Shown here piece by piece: positions 37,768 to 51,403 of a DNA stretch of 64,000 nt. The stretch lies in assembly GCA_907165135.1 (NCBI GenBank), contig OU015566.1:7502001-7566000 (forward strand), in the 5' to 3' direction. How positions within the stretch are numbered: position 1 is the first letter of the stretch; each line of letters starts with the position of its first letter. Below the pieces are notes generated by a model. The model was not told the DNA's origin. It made no database searches and saw nothing but the letters and a program-made list of their open reading frames with translations. Made by a program: the position numbers and the translations under genes. Origin of the DNA: Oikopleura dioica. Its lineage: Eukaryota > Animalia > Chordata.

Positions 37768-38360
37768 TTTATGTGCTTGAGAATCTCTATTGTTAAAACA
37801 GGCGAAAGTAAGCCCTGTGAAAGGAATGATGCTGGTTTGGATAAACATGTTTCCATCTAGAAAAAAATCCATTGCCGGCTGCAAGATCTGGAAAATCATT
37901 GTAGATTTACTAAGGAGGAACATCTTGCTATAGAAATTGCGTAAAAGATAGGATCATCTTCTCGCTGCGTTCGAGAATCACATACAAATGTCAATCATGC
38001 TCATACCGTAGAACGGTTCGACTATCTATGATCTACCTATGTCGTTCTTGAACGAGGATAAGAAACTGGTGACTTTACCTGGCCAGTCAATTGACTAAAA
38101 TTTGCCTATTGATAAATTCTGACTCAACGCTCGCCAGACAGAAGATGATCCACTCAGCTCGGTGACCATATTGACCCGTCTTGGTGCCCAATGGGCCGCC
38201 GGTATTTTTGCCCGCGGCTCTTTGAAAAGGGCTTTCACAGTCGAGAGGACTTGAAAATTTTCATCCAAGAACGTTCAATTTACAAGATTGTATTGTTTTC
38301 TAAAAGCTAACCCTTTAAATATTTAGAATGAGTCGATTTTGACAAGTTGGACGAGTGAAA

Positions 38361-39936
38361 ATGGGGTGCAAGCCGACAAAGAATGGTTAGTTAAAATAGT
38401 TAAATTGAAATTGGTATAATAAGTAAAATTCTATAAAAGACGTATTCTTTGGTAGAAAATACTGGGATTACGATTTTGAGAATTCAGAAATGCGATTTTA
38501 CTATAACGAAATCGCGCATTATCGATTTGAGATACGAGAAATCGATACTAAAGCGCAAATTTAGGAAACTCACTGGATAAGCCTCATGATCAGCCGAAAA
38601 TAACCACGAAAGTCGACCCGAGAATCCTGCAAAAATATGAAATTCAAGGTTCGCCCAGCTTTTTACGTCAATTTCAATCTGGTTAATTTAGCGTTAATTG
38701 GAACTGGCGGCTTTTCAAAAGTCGTCAGGGTTCAGCATCGAGCGACTGGCCAGCGTTATGCAATCAAAATGGTTGAAACGCTGAATAAGGATGGACAGGA
38801 GACTTGCGAAAGAGAGCTTCAAGTTTTGAGGTAAATGACGGAAAAGCTAATAACTCACATAATGGAATATTCTAATCATTTCGTCACTTATAATTATTTC
38901 TTGAAGGCGCACGAAGCATCAAAATATTATCCAGTTGATCGAAGTGTACGAAGGATCAGACAAACGAATTTACATGGTGCTAGAGCTGGCGTCTGGGAAA
39001 GAGCTCTTCGAACGAATAATTTCGGAATCTTTCGACGAAAAAGAAGCCGTTAGAAATATCAAAATGATTCTTCAGGTAAATTTCCAGTCTTAGTAAAGCC
39101 AAATCTCTTTATAAAAAGATATTCGCCGTAATATAATATTCAGGGATTGGCATATCTTCACAACTTGGGAATTGCGCATCGAGACTTGAAGCCTGAGAAT
39201 CTTCTTTACTCACATGAAGGTAAGGTTTATTTCAAGTAGAGAAGGAGACAGTCAGTTGATGAATTTCCTCCAAGAAATGTGTATATTTTTGCAATTTAGG
39301 TCGCGACGCGCGTCTTTTAATCACCGATTTTGGCTTCGCCGGTCGACGAACAACTGGTGGTTCCGAATTCACGATGAAAACAGCCTGTGGAACGGCGGAA
39401 TATGTCGCGCCAGAGGTTCTTCTTTCGATTCCCTACACCGTCGGCGTCGATTTATGGGCATTGGGCGTCATCACATTCATTCTTCTCTGCGGCCGGATGC
39501 CTTTCGATCATGATAACAAAATGGATCTTTATAAGAAGATTTTGAAGGCTGAGTATTGCATGGAAGGAGAAGAATGGGAAAGCGTCTCACAAAATGGAAA
39601 GTTGTTCATTTCCTCCTTGCTCGAGTTGGACCCAAAAAAGTAAGCGAGAATCATGTTTTACATGGCTGCATCGACGGAATCGTCTTGATAACATCAAATC
39701 CTAGACGGCTAAAAGCATCAGATGCATTGAATCATGCCTGGATCATCGAGCAAAAAGCCAATTTCATCAAACGAACGGCCAACGCCAAAAGCATACGACG
39801 TACTGGAAGCGGCAAAAGCAACGAATCTTCCAAACATTCCAATGAATCAAAATCGCTCACAAGTCAGAATCGCCGAGTTCGTGCCAAGGAACTCGACGAG
39901 CTGCTCATGTACTATCGATACGGAGATAAAGAATGA
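38361..39936 (+). CDS. PSKH1: Serine/threonine protein kinase H1 (CAMK group)
   Basis: MGCKPTK (myristoylation/palmitoylation-type N-terminus), [53 protein letters not shown] and a C-tail [14 protein letters not shown] typical of PSKH1. Confidence 0.9.
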
Positions 39937-40184
39937 CTAATTCTATTTCAAAAATCTCCATTTTCCACTGTACGATTTTTCTATTAATTTTTAAATTATC
40001 AGTTTCAAAACTTAAAACTTCATGTGCCTTAAAATCTTCATTCAATTCAATGCCGTTACTTTCTTTTGCTTTCCTTCCTTTTTTTTCTTCATTGAAATAC
40101 CAGTAGTTCCATGATTTAATATCTCAATCAAACTCGAATTTCGACCCTTTCAGAATGAACCTCAATAATACAGGAATCTCCTAA

Positions 40185-43100
40185 ATGGATGATCAAAAAG
40201 ACAACAAATCGGAGGGCAATAAAATGGCCGATGAAACTCCAAAACCTAGACCAAATGCCTCACTTCTAGCTGGCCTTATCAGCCAAGCTTTTGATCCTTC
40301 CTTCATTGGTCTCAAGAGGCCTATCGAAAATTCTGATTCTGGGTAATAAAACTCTCCATTTTTCATCTATCTAAAAATGCAAATAGAACCGATGAAGAAG
40401 GGGCAGCAACTCAAGAGAAGCCAGAAAATGGCTCCTCGAAAACGAAAAAGCGCAAGAAAAAAGACAAAGATCTTCGAAAGAACATTCGAAAAATCAAAGA
40501 CGACCTTGAGTTGGACAAAGAAACACAAGTAAGCGCAAACAATATAAAAAGGAAAAATACGTCAGATTCCACCAGTCCGACTCATCCTAGCGCTCTTCCA
40601 TTTCCTTTCCTTTTCTATAATAATTTGATTAGTGTTGAAGCGTTTTATTGTCATGATTTTCAAAAGTAAAAAAGAAAAATGCCCGTGACTCTGAAGAGAA
40701 AAATGGACTTTGACTTGAAATTTGACGATTCTGAGGATGATTCTTTCATTAATTTTTTCCTCCAGGATGCGCGAAAAGAAGAGCAAGAGCGTCTCGAGCG
40801 TCTTCGGATGCGCAACTTTGTCGATCTATCAAGTGATGGAGCGGATCACGTCAAAAAGGCAAAGCCGGTTGATGACGATTCCGACGATGATATCATCTGC
40901 ATGGGTGAGGTCACGGAAGCGGCCGAGGAGGAGGATACTGCCAATTCTGGCATGCATACTAATGACGACCAGAATAAGCCTGATCAATATGGCCGGGTCC
41001 TTGGTAATAATCATCTTTGTCGTAAATTCATCGGAAATCTTATATAGTGAATGTAAATCATCCTCAAGACGAGGAAGGAGTCTACCTTGCAACGCAGATT
41101 CAGGACAAAATCAAACCCCATCAAATCGGCGGTATAAGATTCATGTACGACAACACAATCGAATCTTTGAAAAGATGCAGGAGTTCTGCAGGCTTTGGCT
41201 GCGTGCTTGCTCATGCGATGGGATTAGGAAAAACGCTTCAAGGTAAAATCAGCTGTAATGAAAATTCAAATTGCTGAATTCAATTTAGTAATCTCCTTTG
41301 CTGATGTATTTCTCCGTCACTCGGGGCATAAATACGTGATGATTATCGTGCCAGTGAACACTATTCAAAATTGGAAATCCGAATTCGCTACTTGGCTGCC
41401 TGAAAGACCTGCTTCTTCACCCCCTGATCCGAAAATTTCCTACAGGTAGAGCCGATTCTTCATAATAAAAAATTAGCTAGAGAAAGTTTTCTATGGAAAT
41501 TTTGATTCTTTTATTTCCTGAAATTCTTCTTTCAGAACAAGCCCAGTTTATTGCGTGGATGAACGGTGCAATTCTACTGACGCTCGACTATCATTAATAA
41601 AAGGCTGGAGATCGACAGGAGGATGCTTGATCGTCGGCTATGAAACATTTCGAATACTCGTTACGCCCAAAAAGGTGAAGAAAAACTCCCCCGCTCCGGA
41701 TCAGCATCACGTTATGATGCTACAGGAATGTCAGAATCATCTTCTCGACCCTGGTGCAGGTAAAAGCAAAATTATGTCACCAAAGACGAACCTTCTTTTT
41801 ATAAAGATCTTGTAATTTGCGACGAAGGACACAGAATCAAAAACGAAAAGGCAGAATTGTCGAAAGCTCTTTCGAAGATTCGTACAAAACGGCGAGTCAT
41901 TCTGACTGGAACGCCGCTGCAAAATAACCTAATCGAGTACTGGACAATGGTCGATTTTGTTAGGCCTAGGCTGCTCGGTTCAAAGAACGAATTTCAGAAC
42001 ATGTTCGTTGCACCTATTACCAACGGTCAAGCAAAGGTACCCTTTTTCCTCCGAAGCAACAGATAAAAAACTTCTGTAGAACGCGACACCAGATGATCGG
42101 AGACAGATGAAATATCGCAGTCATGTTCTTCACGAGCTTCTCAAGGGTTGTGTTCAGCGCCGGTCGCATGCTGTTCTTTGTCATGATCTTCCTGCAAAGG
42201 TTTTATTTGGTCGCCTTTTTGAACGTTTATTGAATAATTATCGTAGAACGAATACATTCTGATGGTTCGCCTGAGCCAGCAGCAGATTCCGTACTATCAA
42301 AAATTCACGCAGTTGAAGAACGACGACAACGAAGAAGGGTCGATGAATGCTGTTGTCGCTCACGCAACTTGCTCGAAGATTTGGAATCACCCGGATCTGC
42401 TGTATCGAACCGCTGTCCAAGGTGTGTATTCGAAATTAAGGCAGGCTTAACTCTGAGTTGCGCCACTTAGTTTCGATTTTTGCTTGAGATGGCACTGACA
42501 AGGCAGTGGCACCGTCTCTTAGATCAATGACTTTGAGGATTTGAACTTGTGGTGACTATGCTTCATGGTGTGCTTCAAGCTGAGATGGATTTAACTGCCT
42601 TTCGTACCAACGGAATTCATTCATGTTATCAAATAAAAAGGGAATTTCCGCAAGCGTAAATGAACATTTTAGGAGATGACTCTGACGCACGTGAGCTTGA
42701 TGACGAGTTTGACCATTTCGATGCTGGCCTCATTAAGCCCAAAGGAAAGCCAAAGAACAAGAAGGAGCTGAAAGCGTCCGTGGAATGGGCCCGCAAGAGC
42801 GGAATCCGGGAAGATTACAGCCCTGGCCACCCAGAAGCTGGATTCAAGGTTCCCCTTCTCCTCAACATTTTGCGCAAGTCAGCGCTCAAAGGGGAAAAAC
42901 TTATCTGTTTCTCTCAAAGGAAGGGGCTCGGAAAATTTCTTAAAGATATCTATCTTTACTTAGCCATCTGTGTTTTGAATTCCGAAAGAGTAAATATACA
43001 TCTTCCGTTACATCGTTAGTTATAATACTGAAGTTCATCATCCCATAGAGAAATAACTTACTCTGAGCCCTATACAGCCTGGGCACACTAGATCTGCTAG

Positions 43101-44707
43101 GAGATTTCATCACAGCAGACCCTACACTTCCGCTGATGCCAGGTGAGCTCAACTGGGCCGGCCGTATTATGCGGATAGATGGCTCCTGTGGCTCAATGGA
43201 AAGGGAGAAGATTATAAAAAAATTCACCGATTTTCCTTTGCCGTCAATTTTGCTTATTTCGACGCGCGCCGGCTGCGTTGGAATCAATGTGACAGCTGCG
43301 ACCAGAGTGGTAATGTTTGACGTCTCTTGGAATCCTGTTCATGATGCACAAGCTGTTTGTCGCATTTACAGAATCGGCCAGGAGAAAGCTTGCTTCATTT
43401 ACAGGCTGGTCGCCGATGGCTGTATGGAGAGGGCGATTTACGAGCGCCAGGTTGCCAAGGGACGTTTTTGGATTAATTCTATTAATTTATTCAGGATAAC
43501 ATTTGCTTTTTTGGTTATTAGCGACTAGACTGTTTTTTATAACATAAATTTCGTATAGTAATGAAGGTCTTTTTATCATTTTACATCCGGTAGGTTTTTC
43601 AAGGAACACATAGAAACATGCTAATTTTATCTTGATTATCATACATGAAGCGTCATGAGTCCACTGAAAATAGACAAAGAAATGTTGCTATATAGCATTT
43701 AAGATTCTCCCGATTTAAAAATTCGTATGATACATTCCATTAAACTCAAAAAGACCTCTTTATCGCGCCGAATCGTTGACGAAAAGAACATCGACCGATT
43801 ACGAGTGGATTGTAATCGCGCTCTATTAATTTTCCAAGACCAGTCTAACTTTCCTCCGCCCTTGCCGATGACCGCGGAAGAGGCCGGCGACTCAGTGATC
43901 GAAGAAGTTTCGCGAGAATGCGGCAAGTATCTTTCCCACACGCCGATTAAAATGGAAAGCCTGATTGTTGAAAGCAAGCAGCAACTAACTGCTAGCGAGA
44001 AACGTATCGCTAAACGTCAGTACGAAAGCGAGAAGAACACTAACGGGGGCTACGCATGTGGCCGTGGACGACCGCGAATGGAGCATCGCCCTATCGCGCA
44101 TGTTCGACCGTTCCAATCTGGAAACTCTCCTCACGGTCATTCGAATATGCCTCCTGGAATGGGATCTCATCATCACAGCACCGCAGGCATTCCATCTTGG
44201 AGACACGCTGCTATGAACTTAGCGCGTCAAGGCACTCCGCCTTTCAATCATCAGAACAGTCCGAGCTCTTTAATCGGCGGCCTTCCTTTTGGCTCCAATC
44301 CTCTTCTCTCGCCTCGTCATTCAAGCTCTCCGGGATGCGACGGATCTTCGATACAATCCATGTCTCGCGAAACCGTTTCCTTCGGTCCTTCGATTCCTAA
44401 TGAAGAGCAAAACTTCCTCAACGATTTCCCAGTTCGCGGAAGCTCTTCGTCGCAAAACGGATCGTCCTCAAATGCAGTAATTCCCCCTCCATCTGACCCC
44501 CTCCCGTTCCCCAGCTTGCTGGGCAATAACTTCAACCAGCCGAGACTAGACAACGTCTCCAGCATCATGCAGTTTCTCAAGGATGGCTACAGTAGCTCCG
44601 CTGCGCTAGACTTGCAGCGTCATCGTGAACGAACGAGTTTGAACTTGTCGAGCATCATTCCTCAAGCTCCACCGGGCGGCACCATCGACATCATCGATTC
44701 CGATTAG
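40185..44707 (+). CDS. RAD54L2: RAD54L2/ARIP4 SNF2-family helicase-like ATPase
   Basis: [121 protein letters not shown]. Confidence 0.93.
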
Positions 44708-45456
44708 CTTCTAAGTTTATTCAAAATTCGTCATTTATCCAGAGAGTTCATTCCATCATCAAAATGACCTTTTTTATATTCCACAATTTCTTCTGCTTTT
44801 CTTTCATGATTTTCAGCTTCTTTGAGCGAAAGAATAACTGCACTTTAATTTCGTATTCAGAATTGAATCTCGCTTTCAACTTTTAACTTTAGCTTTAAAC
44901 TCCATGATACCACTGAAAAAATATCTGTAGTTCAATGTATTTCTACTTTCGTTATATATTTCTTGTTTATTTTGCATCTTTCTCGCCCTTTTTTTCGTTT
45001 GTCTTTTTTCATAAATCGACCTCATCAGTGTTTTCTGCTGTGCAATCCGTTTTGATGTAATTTTCTTTCTCTATCCGTTTATCCATGTTTACCGATATTA
45101 CCTTTCAATTATTCTAACTCCCAAAAACAACCACTGATGATTTTTGTTCTCCTGAAAAGTCCAATTAAGGTGTAAATACAAAGCACAAATGTGATCAATA
45201 CTTATTGCCGACCTACTCTTTAAAAAATAACTGAATAGTACAAAAATTCTAAGTTGTAAATAATTGTCTGAAAAACTCCCCGCAAAGCTTCTCCTATCCT
45301 ATCAAACATGTCCTGAAATAAAGTATACAAAATTCCTTACAAGGATATCTATGGCACTACCAATTCTTATGTAAAAATATAGATAGGCGAAAACTATTTC
45401 AAAGTGATTATTTTAGGAGCACTGTTTGGAAAATCGAAACTCGGAAAGCGCAAAAA

Positions 45457-48400
45457 ATGGTGAAAACTCGTAATCGACCTGAGAGTCGATCGAAACGCGA
45501 AAAAGTTTCTGAACGCGTTACGGATATTATTGCTACCACGAGGAAATGGCTCTTTCCAGATGGTGTCTCCCTCAAGGAAGGGTTTTTTTACTTAAAAACA
45601 TCTTGAAATCTAATCACTTATTCCAGCTTTTGCTTATTTTAGGACGAAGGGACGTTCATAAATGATTCGACTTGTGGTTTTTTATCTTCTTACTTTTCGC
45701 TAGAGTTTCCATCACAAGCTACTACCTATATCCTTTTCCACAAGTTACCGTTAACTTTCGTAACCCTCGCCGAAGCACATCCGAGATGTTGCCCACCGTC
45801 TTCCCCGCGAACGCCAAAAACACTTTATCGACAAATTCTCGTCAATGGAGCGCTTGAGGAGCTTTTGCACCTTGGCTGATAACGCTCGAGCAACAAGTTC
45901 AACCATCAACGAAGATATTTTAAAACTGGTCGTTGAAGAAAACGGAGAAATTGAGTTATCTCCACATGTGTTGTTCATCCTTCATCAGCGGCTCCCTAGC
46001 TTGAGAAATAGAATCTCTCAAATTAAAAGAGAAAGGAAAGCGTTTCATGGTGAACTTTTATGCAAAATAGCTGATTCTTTGAGGCATTGATAAAATTTGA
46101 AAAAATATGATTTTCAATATTTTGAAATTGCTTCTGATTCCTAGTCTACGAAACGTTGAAATCATTGACGTAATCATATATATCTAAATGATGAATAAAT
46201 ATATTAAAAACGCAAATAAAGAAATTACGATTGTCTTGATTCTATTTTGAAATTTCCAGAAAACTGCGGTGCTGATCTCCAAAATGAATACTGGAAGCTC
46301 CTTCTGACAGGGAAATGCAAGTCGAAGCAGTGGAAAGAGGAGGTGGAGAATCTGATGAGAAAAGCTGCTCATTTGCAAATACCGAACGGGTTCAAAACTG
46401 ACACGAAGGTAGATTCTCTTCTGAAATTCAATAATTGAATCGTTTGGATAGATTCTCTTCGAAACTGGCAAGTCTTATGATGCGATTGTGATTCCCTCCG
46501 ACGCGGTTGGAACGATGGTGATTCCGCTGTCAATCCATCCGGACGAGATTGAGACGCTTTCGACGATTTCCTACAGAAAAAATGTCCACAGGCTCATTTT
46601 GAGTTCGCGCTCCCCCTTCTTCCGAAAACTGTTCGACAGGAGGACAGATTGTCCTCTTGGCCACATTTCCTTGGTCGTCCTTGACTCTAGCATCATTCCT
46701 AGCCATCTTCTCAAGAGTACGTTGCGTCAAAAATTCCCAAGTGAAAAGATGTTTTTCTGAATAAATTTTTTTCATAACTAATTCAAGCAGACGTAATAAA
46801 TTATCTTCTTAGTCGTCCTTTCGTTCTTCTACACGAGTGAACTTCCGTCCTTGGACATGGAATCGTCTCAGAAATCATGCGACCTTGCGTCTGACACTGA
46901 ACTGACAGACTTGCCAATTTCCATCCGAAGAGCAGTTGCTTTGTTCGGGGTGGGCAAGATTCTTCAGATGACGTCGCTCATTCAGGTATCAAGCAAGGAA
47001 ACCATAAGTAAATCTTGTCAAGGATTATATGGGGTTTTTAATTCGAGTGTTGCGCCATCTGAACATTGATGATTTTCAAGACTATCGTTCGACTGAAGCC
47101 AGTTGATGACAACTTTGAATTCCTCGTAACTGAGTTCACTCGTGTTTTTCCAATCTCGATCTACACGATCAAGTGTTACCCAAATGGGTACACCCATAAA
47201 AGACATCTTAAAAGAGTAAATACTCTTAATTAAACTGGGGTGTAAGTCTCCCAACTCCGCGGGCAGGCGTCTCAGAGACACACCCTTATACCTCCAAAAT
47301 TCTTTTTCAAAATCATCGATAATCTGTCGGAGCGTGGAAACTGAGTCATTCTTTTCAATCATCCACAGAAGTATTAAAATTCCTTCAGGCAGCTGAAGAC
47401 AAAATTGCTCACGAGCTGTCTTATAATACCGTTCTTCCCATCCTTCAATGGGCAGAGCGTGACCATGGCAGCTCCTTCGTTTCCCGCAAATGCCTCGCCT
47501 TCATCAGGGAGAACTTCCACCACCTCTCTCAAACGGGCATTTTGACCGGGTTGACGACAGAAGAGATGATAAAGCTGCTCCAAGATGATTATCTTCAAGC
47601 GCATGAGTTGGACGTTCTTCGCGCCGCGCTCAGATGGGCGGAAAACACTGCCCGGGAGAAGGAACCGGATATCATCAAAAAGAGAAAAAAGGAACCCTCC
47701 AACGATCTGATCAGAAATGCTCTTGGTATGATCAAAGACACTTCATACATTGTAAACGATTTCAGCGCCTCTCCTTCCTTACATCCGCCTGGAGTACATC
47801 CTTCCCGCAAACTGCCCCGATCTAGCAAAGGTCTTCCAGAGCGGCCTCATCCGAAATCCTCCCACTTCTATAGACGGATCTACAACGATCGGTCGAGGAT
47901 GGGACTATGGCGACTCCCGCTCCCCTCGATTTTACAAACCTTTTGTTGAAATTTTCCTGGAGCTGAACTCAAATGAATGGTCAGAAGGTATTTTTCTTTT
48001 TGTTGATTTTGCCTTGGAAATTCCGTTTTAGAATCATGCCATGGGATTGAAACTGTGCCCCGAGCGAGTGCTGTGGGTCTAGATACTCCTGAGATCATTC
48101 AGAATTGCGTAGGAAAGGAATTGAATTTTAGCATAAAATCAAGCCGTTTTAAACGGAATCTGATGTCTTTTTGAGGTATCAATAAGCCCGACAGGCTTGG
48201 AAAATACAGTATAATTGTGATATAAGGATCACACAATAATTCCGCAAAAAGTTGACGAGATTCTCGAGCAGAATCTAATCCTCCCTTCCGAAACAGTTTG
48301 CTGCCAAGTGTTGAAAAGGCTCCACTCGCTTCAGCAAAAACACCAGCCGATTATACCGCGCCACATGCATTTCCTTCGACTCACTGCTCTAAGAGAGCAT

Positions 48401-49334
48401 TCTCTGCCTGATGGACTCATCGCCGTCCTCCGCGATCCTTACCAGTATTTTCCAGGCTCAAAGGTAAGTGACCATTAAATCTATGAAGCCTTGGAAACAT
48501 AGAAGAGTACCTTGAAACATTGTTGCATTGAAACTTTCAGAACATAAAACACCACTACGCCCTCGTCCAGCGATACCGCTACTACAAAAAACTCAACGAC
48601 AACGCTTCATCCTCCGCGGCCTCACCTCCAACTGCTTCCGCTTCAAACCGCCCCTTTCACCCCCAACCTGATCTTCTTGGAAGCCCATCGAGAACGAATT
48701 CGTTAACATCTGCTCCTTCGCGATCACCACAAAAACCTTCAGGAAATTTTTTCACTCTTATTCAGGAATCTATCATTTTTAGAGTTTCAAAGTAATATAT
48801 GAATTTAAATTCAAGGAAGTTCCGTCGAGTCAATATCGGAAATGTATTTGCCTAGGTGTTTTTTAATATTTATTTACAAATGTGCTTTTTGTCGCATTTC
48901 CTTTTTTCTCCGTTATATCGGATAATTTATGCCGCGATAACCTTTTTTGGAAATATGAATTAGGTCAACTGTCGCGCAACAGTCCTTCAACCATTCTAGC
49001 CATTTCGATATGTTGAAATACACAAAAAGCATCCACTCTCGTCAGGCTTATGCAATCGCCAGTAAGGAAGATCCGACAAAACTTCAGAAGTTTGACGGCG
49101 ACGACTCCTGATAGAAATCAAAACAACCACAGCTGCGTCATCGACTACATTCCCTCATTGTCAGTATTAAATCTGTCTACTCGACGGTAAAGTTGCTCTT
49201 TTAGAAATAAAGGCGCAAAAGCCAAACCCACCCTCCCTTCCGGCTCAATGACTCTGCCTGACATCGCCACGACGTCGAGAGGAATCGAAAATTTAACTTA
49301 CCGCACGAGCTCTTCTAATTCCTCGACGGAATAA
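45457..49334 (+). CDS. BTBD7: BTB/POZ + BACK domain protein BTBD7
   Basis: LADNARATSSTINED, HRLILSSRSPFFRKLFDRR...VVLDSSIIP, YLQAHELDVLRAALRWAE, LLPYIRLEYILP and PAPRFYKPF correspond to BTBD7 motifs. Confidence 0.82.
47018..47362 (-). CDS. Intronless 114-aa antisense ORF nested in a BTBD7 intron (nested gene or inserted fragment)
   Basis: ATG-initiated ORF occupying 345 of about 402 nt of the GT-AG intron 46987-47388; globular-looking composition. Confidence 0.4.
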   Translation of the reverse strand: MIEKNDSVSTLRQIIDDFEKEFWRYKGVSLRRLPAELGDLHPSLIKSIYSFKMSFMGVPIWVTLDRVDRDWKNTSELSYEEFKVVINWLQSNDSLENHQCSDGATLELKTPYNP

Positions 49335-49546
49335 AAATATCGTTCAAAATAATTTCAACCCGCTCCTTATGATTCCAACTTTCTCTATTCTCTTTATTCC
49401 ACCAATATTCATTTCAACTTTATTCTAAAAATATTCATTCAAAGTTAATAAAAAAATCAAGTGTTCAAACATTTTTTAAAGCCTCTTCTCATCTGTGTGT
49501 ATTTGAAAATGAGCTAGTGGGTGTTAAAATAGCTTTTAATTTCAGA

Positions 49547-50532
49547 ATGGGCATAACTCCATCTTCGGAAGACAAAAACATGGAAATTTTATGTTTGAAA
49601 AATTCAAAAATCGACACTGTTCGAAATTGCCCGATTGAGATTTTTGCCAGAATCGCGATGTACCTTGGTCCAGGAGAATGCAAGCGTCTTGCCGCCTTCT
49701 TTCCAGAGATAGAAGAAGCATGGGAGGTTGCTCAAGCGATGAATTGGGGAAGGGTGTTCAACTTTTCTCTAAATTTTTCAATAATAGCAAAATTTTAGAA
49801 TACTGATTGACGTAACTTTTCTAAGATAAAAGCACTGAAAACACCTTCAAGTCGTCATACCTGAAAGGTGCAGATTATGAGCTGGAAGAAAAAATCGACC
49901 GAGGATTTTCTGACGACGCGAATTTTCTCAAAGATTCGTTTAGAATTTCGACCCTGATGTCTCAAGGCTTGATTTGAAACGTCTGATCTATAAATAAATA
50001 TCGAACATGTTTTATTGAATCAAACTGAAAGCAAAGGAAGACACCAGAGTCGTCCATATGCCTCGATATATCAACTGGACGAATTCGGATGAACTCGGTT
50101 ATGAAATTCTCTATCTGGACTCAGTTTGTTGGCTAGAATTTAAAACAGAAATGAGTTTACCGAAGGCTCGCAGTCTTCATCTGTATTTCAAGGAAAAGGT
50201 TCTCTCCTTTTTTCTTAAAAAAATTAAAATTTGAAAAAAAACCTAAAAAGATGAAATTTGGCAACGACCGAAACAATCACCACCAAACCCGAACGCCTGA
50301 AATAACAATTCGCTCTGAAGGAAATGTCATCTCAAAAGGCTTCGTCGATGGAAAAGACATGGCCATTGCTGGATCCTGGCGTTGGGTGAAAGTTTACCAA
50401 GACAAAAAGTTCGGAAAGCTGATGACTTTCAACATTGCCAAAGCTGCGCGTTGCGAAATTCACTGGTTCAGCGAGAAGCCCTACTGGTATCATGACATCA
50501 GCTGGGGAGGCCTGACGGTTGCATCAGAGTAA
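49547..50532 (+). CDS. F-box protein with C-terminal phloem protein 2 (PP2/Nictaba)-like lectin domain
   Basis: F-box: VRNCPIEIFARIAMYLGPGECKRLAAFFPEIEEAW. PP2-like: LMSQEDTRVVHMPRYINW...YEILYLDSVCWLEFKTEM...GSWRWV...EKPYWYHDISWGGLTV. Confidence 0.75.
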
Positions 50533-50733
50533 AACCTGCTTTCTTCACTTTTCATTCCCATTGATACGATTCTACTGATACAATAAAATTCATAGTATAA
50601 ACATCTTGGATTTTTTTGGTTGTTTTTATTTTCAATAAAATCAAGAACTTTGCATTCGCAGTGGGTAGTTTTGAGTGGTGAAAGAATACAGATGAGAATA
50701 AATAACAATTGAGCGAGGATTTTTGCGGGAGGT

Positions 50734-51000
50734 TTAGTTTTGTTGGTGGTACTTGACGAAATTCATTTTACGCTGGATTTTGAATGATCTAGCGGTTTGT
50801 TTGCGGAGTACAAAGCTTTCATATTGTCTTTTAATGTCGCTATCGAATGAGAAAATGGTGTTCAGGACGCTTTCTTCTTGTGGGGATACGATGCTGTTCC
50901 TGTAGCTGTTGTGGCCGAAGTTGAGCTTGTTCATTGTTCGATTTATGGCGAGAAGATCGCCGAAAGCGGCGGAGAAGAGAGCGAAGTTGACGATTTTCAT
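50734..51000 (-). CDS. Small intronless secreted protein (88 aa)
   Basis: MKIVNFALFSAAFG signal-like N-terminus; basic C-terminus with KR/RK pairs. Confidence 0.5.
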   Translation of the reverse strand: MKIVNFALFSAAFGDLLAINRTMNKLNFGHNSYRNSIVSPQEESVLNTIFSFDSDIKRQYESFVLRKQTARSFKIQRKMNFVKYHQQN

Positions 51001-51403
51001 TTTTTTAAATGATTTCTCAGGTCTTATGATATCGAAAGTGCAAGAAACCGGCATTTTTATAGATAACCCGGAGAGTTCAATTGGAGGCGACAGAGCGTTT
51101 TTTCGCTACAGCGCCTTTCTTTAAATATATTTTTCATGACAGGTGAATCAGCTTAAATTACGGAAGCGCGTTGTTTCCATCATCGATTGAGTGGCATTCG
51201 ACTCACTTATTTCAAAGAATTACGTAAATTTATAAATAACTTTAAAATTTGATAATGATAAAATTTCTAAAACAGCCGATTATACCGTATATCGATTCAT
51301 GAACAGAGTTTTCCTTGATGAATGAAAAGTTGTATCAAGTCATGGGGATAATTAAAAAAACAATGATTGCAGTCTTCTCATCCGAGAAAAAGGTAGATCG
51401 AGA

